Assembly (NCBI GenBank): GCA_051362555.1
Contig: CM120640.1
Span: 42,386,788-42,450,787 of the forward strand
Reading direction: 5' to 3'
Source of the DNA: Lingula anatina
Lineage: Eukaryota > Animalia > Brachiopoda
DNA length: 64,000 nucleotides
A program made the position numbers and the translations under genes. This document shows, in pieces, positions 13,170 to 25,613 of the stretch. Position 1 is the first letter of the stretch; each line of letters starts with the position of its first letter. A model generated the notes under the pieces. It saw only the letters and a list, made by a program, of their open reading frames with translations. It was not told the origin of the DNA and ran no database searches.

Positions 13170-13211
13170 ATTGCCGTCACTGACTGGATGGATTAACAAA
13201 TGCGCATGCGC
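13163..13211 (-). promoter_or_regulatory. NRF1-type palindrome and YY1-like motif at the PWWP2 start
   Basis: TGCGCATGCGC at 13201-13211. AATATGGCGG overlaps the ATG at 13169. Locally CpG-rich. Confidence 0.5.
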
Positions 13212-13670
13212 TGCCTTTCCGTGTTTTTGTCGACGTGAAGTTGTCCGAAAAAACGCATTTAATACAGTTAAACAAAAAATTATTGCGTCTACAACAGAAT
13301 TGTCTGTGAAACATCCTTTACAGACGAATATTTTATCAAACAATGACATTACAGCCTAGTATGATACGACCGAGTTTAAAGTTAATCTAGTGTAGGACAC
13401 CACTCCTCAATTCCCCTAAAACCGCACCAACACTAATAGGCCCTGGCTGTCAATTGAAGAACTTTAATTTCTCGTAATTATTGAGACAATTCATTCTGCA
13501 TTAAACGCAAAAACAATAAAAAATAGAAACAATCATAAATAAAAAAAAGAAAAAGGCGACTTTCCTAGATTTATTTTTTACGCGTGGAAATCAGCTTAAA
13601 GATGCCCAGGGCGGGGTAAAAAAAACCCGACGCAATGTTCAGCAGTCTATTTAGAACTTTCCGTTTATTT

Positions 13671-13714
<44 letters not shown>

Positions 13715-14844
13715 AAAAGAGAGGATATTGTTAAATTTATCAGTTAATTTTCTATGATTAGTCTCTTCGTCAACGATAATAATTCTTAAAGATACAATTC
13801 CTCCCACCTAATTCGCCACCCTCGATACTAAAAAGTTTTTAAAAATGCCGCTCGCAATTTTGCGGCCTTATTAATTACACATATAGGCCTGGTTATTTAT
13901 ACAAGAGTTCTTTTTTTCTGCACGTGCTCTCTGTAAATTGCTCTAAACGATCACACAACGTCTGGTAAACACGTTTTGGAATAAATACTGGTAGGACCTA
14001 ATTAAGTGCAAAGTCAAAAAAAAAAAAAAAACCAAAACACGCAATCTCCCTTACCCTTTGAATAAAATTCAATTAATATTATGAACTTTCTTTTGTTAGA
14101 TCTACACCATAGTTATTCGGTAGGGCCTACTTCTATTAGGGCATCCATTTTATTTTTCCCCTTCCATCCGTTTAAGTTTTCATTAGGCCTATATATGACG
14201 TGCAAACAGTTCTACTTCCTGAGAATCTAATAATTAATGTATGGCGTCCATTCTAAGCTTTTGCTTAGACTGTTTCATACTATCAATGAAAAAATTAATG
14301 TAAATTTAACGTTGATTTTGTTTAAAAAATAGATAAATACATAAATAACTAAATAAATAAATAAAAGAGGATTTTTTTATATCCCTCACTTGGAAACATA
14401 CAATAGGGGTATTTCAAGAGTGAACGTGAGAGTTAAAATCCTAGCATTATTAAACAAATATAGAACAAAGTACATAAAAAGAACATTGATAAAAAAAAGA
14501 AAGAACACTGGGGTCATGTGGATCATTTGTGTGTGGGGGGGGGGGGGAGGGGGGATAGGGAAGAGAAAACGATGTCACTCTTTTTTGTGAAAACTGCAAA
14601 TTACAAAAATAGCACCTTTTACATGATCATCAGTGCAAATATTCCTGCCCTGAGATGACACTCGTCTCCGAAGCTCTTCAAACTTCACACAATCGGCCTG
14701 AAATTGCTACGATCTCAGAATGCAGCTGTTGTAACATATATATTATGAGTTTATGAGTCTGAACACAACGATGCTCTGAGACCGCGATACCGCGGCTCTT
14801 TGACCTAATTACCCTGTATAGAACGCCCACAAGCAGTCGGCAAG

Positions 14845-17800
14845 ATGGGAGACTCAAACTTGTCCGCGGTGCTTTATGCAGAAGATGACATGCGTTTGGT
14901 AAGATCTTAAACTGTCATTGTTTGCTCATAATTTCAGGTAAATGTATTGTGTATCTGAAAATGTTGAGAGTGATGAGTGCATTTTAAATACATTAAAGGA
15001 CTGACGAGTTTGCTCTTGACCAGGGGTAATCCACGCTGAACCCTTCGACTTGGCGAATCTACGAATACATGTACAGGTACAGTACGCTTGCGATATGGAT
15101 ATTATGTCACTGCACTATGGATCATGGCTTGTGTACTTGCAGTTATCTCTACACGTCTCTGATATTCATGTGGCACGTTATGTAACTAGAAGATAGAGAT
15201 ATATTTGTGCCAACTGTGGTCTGTGTGCTACTTGTACATGTACTTATCGAAACTGACTGAAGGGAAAGTAAGTCACTTCTGATGGACTGGTTGAAGAAAA
15301 AGGCTCACCCTTCCTTGGATGAATAAAAAAAATATTGTCACTTTACAAAGATAAAATGAAAAAAGTATCATGAAGTGTGTGTGTGTGTGTGTGTGTGGAG
15401 GGGGGGGGGGGCGGGAGGGCGGGAGAGAGAGAGAGAGTAGGCGTGGGTATTGCTCTGCCCGGGGCCTCGCAGCTTATAGTCCTGTTGATTCTATTTTTCC
15501 TCTAGTAATGAACTTGTACATTAGTACCTGAACCCAGTGTTGCATATAATGATCATACCTATATTTATTCCTTTCTTTTGCCACATTTTAGGAAGAATTC
15601 CCAGTGAAGGATCCAGGCCCAGGAGGTAATAAAGAACCCACACACAAGCATGCATGCACGTATAGGGGCCTATATACTAGCTATGCACAGATGTCTCTAG
15701 CTAATTCATGACACAATTCTCTACTGTTGGAGAAAAGTGCACATAATTTATCTGCGGCTTTGGTAAAGGGTAATAAAGGCCCTATTTTTTTTTTTTACAA
15801 TTGTGCACACACACCCCTATTTTTTTTTTTTTTTACAATTGTGCACACACACACATACACACACACACACACACACACCATTGTCAGTGTGAGACAATGT
15901 ATCAGTTTGTTAAAAGGATAATGGCCAATATGTCACATGCTTCAGTTGTTCAAAGACCTGCACTAATTGCAACAAGCAAATTGACTTGATTTAAGTGGAA
16001 CACTTTTTTTTCTTAGAGTCTAGGATACATTAAATGGCAAGCCTATGTATATTTATTCAATCTGTAATTTCATTTGTTCTCCAGAGGTCCAGATTTCTAT
16101 GCACTCCACTGGAATTTGTGGCTCTGATGTCCACTATTGGAAACATGGCCGGATTGGTGATTTTGTTCTGACCACACCCATGGTGTTGGGCCATGAATCT
16201 TCAGGCACAGTTTGCAAAGTTGGGTCTGGCGTCACCAGTTTAAAAGTCGGTAAGCACATGCACTGTGCACTGAAGATAATTTCAGAAATAATACTTTGCC
16301 TTCTAGAACTGTATGATTTTTAATGACAGAAACTAAAATGGTCTTGTACCATTTTCACTGCAGCAGAGTCAACTGGTAAAAGTAACTATATATGGTATGA
16401 AAAATTCCTGTTGCTATAAAAACAGAGTAGCTTGACAAGAGCAGAGATTCAAAGGTTTTGACATCAATAGGTAAAGAATTTCATCAGTTCTGTTATACAC
16501 TCACTTACAATAATAGTGTTTTCCACTCCAGTATCCTGGTAAAGGGAAGGGAGGGTGTACACATTTTAGCTAGAGGTTACAATGCAAGAAAGACGCTGAA
16601 ATATTGGATTGGAAATAATTAAATTTTATCTGTTGCTTTGATGAAAGTTTTATTGTATCTAACATCAACATAGGTGACAGAGTAGCCATTGAGCCTGGAG
16701 TCCCGTGTCGTGTGTGTAATTATTGCAAGACTGGTCGCTATAATCTCTGCCGTGAAATGCAGTTTTGTGCCACACCTCCTTATCACGGCACTCTAACAAG
16801 ATTGTACACACACCCAGCTGACTTCTGTTTTAAGTAAGTCAATAACTATTGTAGAATACAAAACTTCTTCTCTTTATGAATATAGGATTGTTGCATTTTT
16901 GGGCCATATGGGACAGTCTCCTCTTATCTTTGAAAGTAGGGTTGAATGTAGCCCTTCAGAAAATCTTGCCTTTCCCCTCTTTTTTTAGCCCCCTACCTCT
17001 TTTGAAAATCATTTCCTTTGTGTATGAACAATGCTTACGGTCAAATCCTTGAATAAAAGGGCATGTAAGGTGGAAAATATAACTGAATGTGAATACAGCA
17101 CTCTATCTATGTGGCTTTGCACATATTTTGTACTTATCACATTGCCACAAGAGTAGCTTTGAGATTTTCTCATTAATTTGCCTTCATATTTTTACATTTT
17201 CCAGCTAAAATATTTTAATTTCTTACAAAGTACATGATCAAATTGTAATGTGAAGAATTAGAGACTTGAAAGGATTTTTCAATAATATCTTATGTCTTGA
17301 TTTCTTGACTTCAGACTGCCAGATAATGTGAGTTACGAAGAAGGAGCCTTGCTAGAGCCTTTGTCTGTGGGAGTCCATGCTTGCAGGAGAGCTGGAGTAT
17401 CACTGGGGAGTAAAGTCTTCATTTGTGGAGCAGGTAGTTTATGATCATACTATATTAAATGGGGAGTGGGGTGAGGTTGGGGGTTAGGCTGTCTTCTAGG
17501 TGTTCCAAAAGCACCTTACCAGTATAATGTGCAAAGGTGATTTGTTTCTGAATTGATTATGGAACTGTCCTGCTGCGTGGCATGTTTGAGAAAATTTATG
17601 GTAAATTAAGTGCATGAAGAGTGAAATATTATGTTTTATAATTGGTTTGTTTGAAGTAACATTGGTTTTGTGTCTGCTTTTGAGCCAGCAGATGCCTTTC
17701 AATTGGGTTGAAGTGAGATTAGGAAAAATTCCACCCCTGTGCCACATGAAGTAAAAGTTAAGATCATCCGGTAGACGGATATCTAATGTATTTGATCATG

Positions 17801-19574
17801 ATCTATAATCTAGGTCCCATTGGACTGGTGAACATGTTGACAGCAAAAGCAATGGGTGCCTCCAAAGTCTGCATTTCAGGTAATGCACTCATTTCAGATT
17901 ATTTTGATTTGTTTGAGTTTAGTCTCTCTTATGTTTTTGAACCATCATCTTGGAACGTGTGCCACTCTCTTCTTTGATGTATATGTTTTCTTGAGTTATA
18001 AGTGTAACTTTATTTTTTGTTTGTTATTTATGTATTATTGTGGCATATTTCAAATGATCAGAAGAAGACTTTTCAGCCACAAACACTAGTCTGTAATTGT
18101 TTTGTAAGCCCATTACTGTAAAATCTTTTCTAAATATCATTTTATCAAAATCATGTACCATTGTTTTTCAGACATATCTGAAGGAAGGTTAGTTGTTGCC
18201 AAGACAATGGGTGCAGATTCTATAGTCCTAGTGAACACCAAAGATGCCAAAGCTGTGGCAAAACAGGTGGAGACAGCTCTCGGAGAAATGCCAGATATAA
18301 CCATTGAATGCAGTGGAGCAGAATCAAGTATCCAGACAGGAATATATGTATGTTTGCTTGATGTATTTTTTTTTAAGAATATAAAGAACTGCATTACAAA
18401 CAATATTTCAACCATTCCTTTTGACTGTTTATGAATTTACTACATGTAGAACATAAATTTTCAAGAAATATACAATGGATTATTTAGTTCCAAAATTTCA
18501 TGCCATATGTCTTGTCTATGAGCATTCTCCCAGCAGCTATTCGTGGACTTGGGAGGAGATAGGTATGCTTTGCAACCCACTGGAACTCAGGGTATTGTGA
18601 AGCCACTTTTTCATGGGTGAATTGAGGCTGTCTTCTGGGTCTTCTGGAAGACGATCAGATTTTCAATTTTACATTGACAGGTATCTAATTTTTCTGTCTG
18701 AAGACGACTAAAAATGGAGGATTGATCAAAAAAGAAAAAAAAAAAGATAATTTAGAAAACTGTCAGAAAATGCCTGTGGATTCACCCCTGTTTTTAGTAC
18801 ATCTGTGAAAATAATGAGATAGTGTTTTAACTTTCAGGCAACCAAGGCTGGTGGAGTTTTGATGCTGGTGGGTCTTGGTCCAGCGGAGATCAAACTTCCT
18901 GTGGTCAACGCTGCCTGCAGAGAGGTGGACATAAGGGGACTGTTCAGATATGCCAATTGGTAAAGAAATTATGAATCTCTGAATATAGTATAAGTGAAAG
19001 AAAATTTAGTTTGTACTGCTTAATGTGCATTTGAATAAAGGGCATAATACATCAGTAGTAAATATTTATGTGTAAATCTTATTATTTTCATAAGATAAGT
19101 CTGTGCTAATATATAGTCAAGAATCCATTACCTTGTCTAATATTCTTATTTCAGCTGGCACAAAGAAACAAAATCATATATCTAATGTGCAGTGATTATT
19201 TGATACATTTATGGTAAAAAAAATTAAGACGTGTGTGTGTGTGTGTGTGCACGTACAGATAAATAGAGAGCAGTGGTGATTGAGTGATAACAATAGACTT
19301 ACTGATTTCATACAATACTAACATATTTCATATAATCTAATATACAAACACATCTATGGAAACACATCAAAATTTAAGCAGTCAAGTAGGTTTACTTGCA
19401 ACATTTGTTTACAGCTACCCAGCAGCTTTGGAGATGATTGCCTCTGGTGCAGTGGATGTGAAGCCTCTGATCACCCATCACTTCACTCTGGAGGAGTCCT
19501 TACAGGCCTTTGAGACTTCTAGAACTGGTGCAGGAGGAGCTATCAAAGTCATGATAAAATGTGCCAAGCAGTAG
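14845..19574 (+). CDS. SORD: Sorbitol dehydrogenase, 9 exons, 351 aa
   Basis: Exons 14845-14898, 15592-15625, 16085-16249, 16674-16833, 17315-17433, 17814-17879, 18172-18347, 18838-18959, 19415-19574, all GT-AG and in frame (1056 nt). Motifs [62 protein letters not shown]. Confidence 0.97.
15375..15436. repeat. Compound microsatellite (GT)n, G-run, (GA)n in SORD intron 1
   Basis: Directly visible simple repeats. Further (CA)n at ~15845-15878 and (GT)n at ~19231-19249. Confidence 0.85.
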
Positions 19575-20127
19575 GGGAAAGGGTGGTGTTTTTTGTCAGT
19601 TTAGTTTTTCTATGCTGTCATTCATTTTCAAATGGAGGTGGGTTTATATTGGTAGCTAAATTTTTATTACCTGGAATGTAAGACAATATGGCCTTAGAGC
19701 ATGAAGGACAAATCAAATTAATGTCATAGTCCAGTGAAAGATCGTAATGATTTTATGATTTAACTCATATACAGGATGTTATTACAGGCTCATTCCAGGT
19801 TCTGTATCCAATTGTGTATGTGCCAAACACAACTGATGTTTTGTTGTACACATGTGATAAATATAGGTTAATGGAACATGGGGGTCTTATAGAAATTGAT
19901 TGACTCCATATATGATTTAAACTAATGTGACTAGATCTAGAATGCATATCAATGATCATACATAACTTTGAGATATTTAAAGGAACAAAAATTTAATGTC
20001 TGTTAAGAGTAATGTTGTTTGGTGTCTTTTAAATGCATAGATGGCAAAAAGAGCATCATCCACACACAGTTTGTCAAGTGTAGCCTGAACTTGCTCAAAT
20101 ATATAGAACAATATACTAGTAATGTTA

Positions 20128-20714
20128 TACCCCGTTCACACTACAATCTGAAATATCCGAATTTTTGCAATGCGAATTAAGGGTGAAAAATTCGATTCGG
20201 TTGTCTGGCCACACACAGCAAGAGGGAAACCGAATCGTGCACTGAAAATTCAGGTGGAGGTTCCGGTTTGAAGAATCGCGCATGCGCAGAATCCATGAAA
20301 ACAAAAAATGGCGCCAATCATTGCTCTTCTCGCACTCAGTTTTTTTTCTCGTGTGTTTGTTTTTGGAACATCAAATTTAACCCAAAAGTCGTCAAAAGGA
20401 AGAATTAAGTAAGAACAGGAAGAATTTGACGGATACAAGAAGGAGACTAGCCGGGTTTCGATGGAGAGTGTGGGTCCACTGACCTGGCATGTTGCTTTTC
20501 TTTCCCACGAGATTTGCTAGTGCATGCGCAGTGCGATCTAAACAGGTGGCCCTTCCGGTAGAGTAACCGAATCGCTGGAGAGAATCCAGCTCATTAGTAG
20601 GATTTTTGGAAACCGGTTTACAAAAATCCTCATGCATTCAGACTACCGCAATAATTCGAATCTTGACCTAATTCGCTATTTAACCGGTTAAATGACTGCA
20701 GTTTGAACGGGGTA
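20128..20714. mobile_element. PIF/Harbinger-like MITE, 587 bp
   Basis: Left TIR TACCCCGTTCACACTACAATC; right TIR (reverse complement) TACCCCGTTCAAACTGCAGTC. TTA direct repeat on both flanks (20125-20127, 20715-20717). Interior is CpG-rich relative to the flanks. Confidence 0.8.
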
Positions 20715-23700
20715 TTAATGTGTAACAGGCCACTTTCTAACTTACATTTTATTACATCACACTGTTACACACACTAATATGAAACATTCATTTTTGGATG
20801 GGAGATATTATCATTGTAACTTGCCCAGTATATATGCGTTTTCCTTTAAATTAAAAAATCATAAACAAGGACAGGTGAAGGAAGGAGGGATGTATAGGTT
20901 ATATATAATACATATGTAATAATCACTATGTTAAATGATTAAATGAAGTATTGGGAATCCTAATTGATGCCAAATGAAATTGCTAGCGGAAAGTATCCAT
21001 TTAAAATGTTGTTCATCAGTCTGTCAAGAAACTGCACATGGATGTGATGCACAAGCCTTTATATAACATTAACAGTTTTTGAACAATGAAAAGATTGTAG
21101 AGAATTGTTTACTTGCCAGAGGGTACATGCACATGGCAAGTTAAAACTGTATTTTGTGGCGGTGATGCAAACAAAAAATAAAATACTATTTTCCAATGAA
21201 ATTTGTCGGCTTTTCATAAAAATAAGATATATTGTTGTACACTGGCATCTTCCTTTCAATTTTACAGTTCAAGAAATAAGGTAAAACTAGTACTAATAGT
21301 AAAACTTTCAAAATACATAAATGAAGTATTGAGTTGAAATGAACAATGAAAACCAAACAGAAAGTTAAAAGACATTTATTATTTATATATTTAACAAGTA
21401 TGACAAGATGTGGTTTCAAACAACCCAAACCCGTGTTAGTCCTCCCAACCCCACCCCAATTTTTTTTTACAGGAAAAAAGACAAAAGAGTATGCAATTCC
21501 TTGCATTTCAAAACTAATATCATACTTGTTAGTGGTCTGTACACCTTATAGTTACAATGACAGATAGATAAGCTGTATGTACACTTCCCTTACACTGGTC
21601 TTCCCAGGTACCTCTCACAAGTGCCCAGAGAGTCCTCAACTTTGACAAGCCTATAGACAGGTACCCAGATAGTACACACATTTAACAAGAAAAACCCCCT
21701 ACACTCCCAACTTTTTGGGAACTGGGACCTTTGACCCCACCCCACCTCCCACCCACCCTGGTGAGAACCCTCCAAACTTTCTTGCGTTTCAGAAACCTTA
21801 GGAATAACCTTTACACATGTTGTAAGGATTAAACTGACTAGTTAGAGGTAAGCCTTAATTATTTTAGCAATAGCTTTATGGGAGCTGTCAATGTATATCT
21901 GCACAGTAATCTAAATCGGACTGAAAGTTCTAGTTCCAGAATCTCAAGACCATAATTTGTTGCTTGTAGATATTGCATCACTGAAATTGATGAAATCTGA
22001 GCTTTTTTTTTTTTCAATTTTCTGATATCCAGGTAAGGGATGCTAACTTTTCCCCCTGCAAAAATTAATATTTTTTAAATTACAAAGAAGTGGGCTTCAA
22101 TTTGTGAGCTAGACCAGCTTCCCAAAATGAGGTATGTATTTTCATACTAAAATTATTAATAATACTACTAATAACAGAAAATAAATCTGAAAGAAAATAA
22201 TTTGAGCTCAGATAACCTTATCAGCCCTATGAATCCAAATAAATCAATAAATTACATTGTATGATTTATCACTGCTGTGGGAATGGTAATGGAACCCTAA
22301 CCATTAAAAAATTTCAGCACATTTGCAAGATTTTAATACTAACAAATCTTATAATGAGAAAACCACCTCACATGGTCTGTTTTTAACTAATACCAACACC
22401 ATTTTCCACCACACACACCACAAATGTAAGTTGGCATTATCTAATATGTAACTTTCAAAGACGATAAACAAAAAAACTCTGAGGATGTTCAATAGCATAG
22501 TTGTATCAAATTTTTAGTGTCTAAATGAACAAGAAAACTTAAGATAATTTCATAAATATTTAAATATTACACCAGTGCCCATGTTTTCCCCCCTTTTTTT
22601 ACATAGACAACCTTACCAAAGGGGAAATTCTCAACTGTAATTGTGAAAGTACCTTGCATTTAATGCAGTGAGATGAGGCTTAGGGCTACCACTGGTCTTG
22701 AATGCTGTATGAGAAAAAAGATGATTATATTACATATTGAAAGAATTCAAATACACAGAGGTTTGCACAGACTGTATTGTTATAAATCACAATGCACCCT
22801 GATCTGATGTGGACTACTTTTTTCTATGCTGAATGAACATTTTACAGGTAATAGTGCCACCCACATTTAACATCATAGTGATAATATTTGGCATACAACC
22901 ATATAATCCTAGCCTCTACAATAATATTTTAGTTACACTTATGAAATCAAAAGGTGTTAATAATGCATTGGTTTTGTAAATTTAAGAAATTTAACAGCAA
23001 TTTTATAGACATCAATTACACATATGGAAGCTGACAAACTAGTTCTCTTCAGCATTATAAAAAAAGGAGAGCAAAGAAACAAATCTCATTGACCACTTGT
23101 ACACTCAATACTGAAGGCTTCAAGCACTTATTTAAATGGGGTGTGACCCAATTTGTAGACAAAGGAGTCACTGGTTGCTCTTAATGCATTTTAGTGTTTG
23201 TTTTTTCAAAGTTTAAAGCTACTGAGCCAAAGACATTGTGCTCTATGAGAGGCAAAGATGGTGCACAGATATGTATGATGTAGAAATGCTACCAATCATG
23301 ATTTAAAAAGATGAAGGAAAGAATAAATACAACACTAGTTACTTTCTTAACTTCCCCCCTCTTAAATCATTGTTATTTTTTCTTTTCGAGTAGATAAGGA
23401 ATCAGCAACACATTGACAATGTTCTTAACAAGTATAATAAATAAGTGCTTCAATTCGATACGAAGCACAATCAAATCTAGATTTGTCCACAGCATGATTG
23501 AAGACAGGTTTGTCACTACCCATTTCTCAATCATCATGGTCATAAACTTATCTACAAATATGAATAATCTATTTGACCATCATTATATCGCTTTCCTCTT
23601 TGGTAAGTAAAATAAATAGTAATACTTCAGGAAAGATGGGAACAATGAATAAAATATATAGTATCTAAAGACTCCATGAAGTTGTTTGTGTTAAAAATAA

Positions 23701-24500
23701 TATTATTTACATGACTTAGTATAGATATCTTGTGATCATCCTCCTAATTATCCTTAAATAAGTTGGTGCATGGATACAAGCAGTTAACAAATTACAGAAC
23801 TCCTCGGTTCAACAATACACTGCAATATTGCACATTGTATACAACCAAAATGTATAAGCAGCAGTTATACAAAGTGAATGAGAGGATCACTTCTCATATC
23901 AACACTTTTAAGCTTTATCACTGACATGTGATCCTTGCATGTTTACAAGGTCTCGCTTCAAGGAGTCATATACTACATTTTATACAGAAATACTTACTTT
24001 TATAGCTATCTCTATAGCTAGGGAAAATAACATTGAATTAGGCCTACACAAAATTTTATGTCCTAGCATCTACAGTGTATTTACAGCTGAGGTAAGGGGG
24101 TGGCCAGCACATGAATTCAGCTACATTTGTCCTCCATGTTTCAAAAGCAGAAGCATAAAATGAAACATCCAAGAGGCAGAAGAGAACTACAGTTTGTTCT
24201 AACCTGCTACACTGTATGAAATAAATAACAAGTATAAGGCCCCTGATAACTACTTGGTCTGATGTGCATTCCAAGCTGGAATACTCATGAAAATTAGACA
24301 GCAAGAAAAGCTTATCCATGAAATTTTAAATACACTATGGAAATGATTTTTGGTGATAGGTGAAAACGACACACCTCAAGAGGAAATATAACAGAACACA
24401 TCCACAAAGGCATGTAGAGTAATTAAAATATCGTGAGAAGTAATGGTTTGGTGTTGTAGTTGTCCTGATCTAGTTTCGCATCAACAGGAGGATGTCGTGG

Positions 24501-24655
24501 CTATACTGAGGTTTCCCGGAACACCTGGACCGAGGCATCTTTACTGGTGCGTATATGGAGATACTTGGTGGTGTTCACCTGTGTTATCTTGATCTGTGGA
24601 TAGCAGTCTGTGGCCTTCAACCTCACTGCTTTATGTGACGCTGCTTCGGCCACAC
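24501..24655 (-). CDS. INPP5A: Putative alternative terminal coding exon of INPP5A ending in PDZ ligand ETSV
   Basis: Acceptor ...caatcttaatttctag at 24658-24656. Only the phase-1 frame stays open: VAEAASHKAVRLKATDCYPQIKITQVNTTKYLHIRTSKDASVQVFRETSV*. GC-richer island within AT-rich downstream DNA. Confidence 0.6.
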
Positions 24656-25613
24656 CTAGAAATTAAGATTGCACAGTTATCTTAATTTATGAAAAGCAAG
24701 ATTAATAGTATATATAAGGTGTTTTTTTCTACTCCTACTGCAGTATGCCCAGATATTTTTTTGTATAAAACTTAAAGATGTGTTACTCATAATGCAACGG
24801 AACAAAGGAGGTCGATTTAACATCAGAATAGTCATTCTGTAAGAACAGTTTGTGTGCGTGTCATTGTGTATGCACTAAAGTGTGCATCCCCAATAAATAA
24901 GTTGGAAACAGTGTAAGGCCGTTCTGAGCTGTGATTGACAGGGAAAGCAGAACAAGGGGAAAAATAAAAACATGGACAAACAAAAGCATTGCATTCTGGG
25001 CAACAGATCCACATGTTCTTGTACATTTTGCAAAGTTGATAGTGTATTTACAAAAATCTAAGATGCAAGACAGAATTGTGGATGTGGACTGTTTTTCTCC
25101 CTTGCAAGGACTGCACATGCTTATAGTTTTCCACAAACATAAAATTTATAGCAAAAATTCACACAATGTGTGCTTAAAAGATGACGAGCAACACCTAAGG
25201 CAACAACATTAAAAAAATATATATATATATATTGTTAACAATTTAAACAGGCAAAGATATCTGTCACTACTTAATCCAATATGCTAGTTTCAGCCATGTT
25301 TCATTCAATAAAATCATAAGAAAAATTGTTATTCAAATATACCTGATAAATCATTTAAGCAAAATGATGCGTCTATGGATATTATTTTAATAAAAGAAAA
25401 CTTTTCAAAAGTTCAATATGTAAACCTACTAGTAGCCTTTAAGATTCAACTTGACTGCATACAATTCAAACACATTCATATTAAAAAAATCAAAATAATA
25501 AATATCAATAACACAAACAACTTTGACAGTAATGACCAACAGCAAAATCTAAATAAAAAAACAAAAGACCATGCACTTACACCAAGATAGTGAAAGACAA
25601 CATCAAAAGCACA

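Noticed and set aside
13170-13349. Upstream in-frame extension of the PWWP2 ORF shown in the ORF track
   Set aside because: It runs through promoter-like motifs, and the ATG at 13169 has good context just before the recognisable homology.
24423-24503. Frame stays open 25 codons past the ETSV stop (TAG-C), ending LLLTIF: possible stop-codon readthrough
   Set aside because: 25 open codons arise readily by chance, the context is not the strong TGA-CTAG type, and no conservation data are available.
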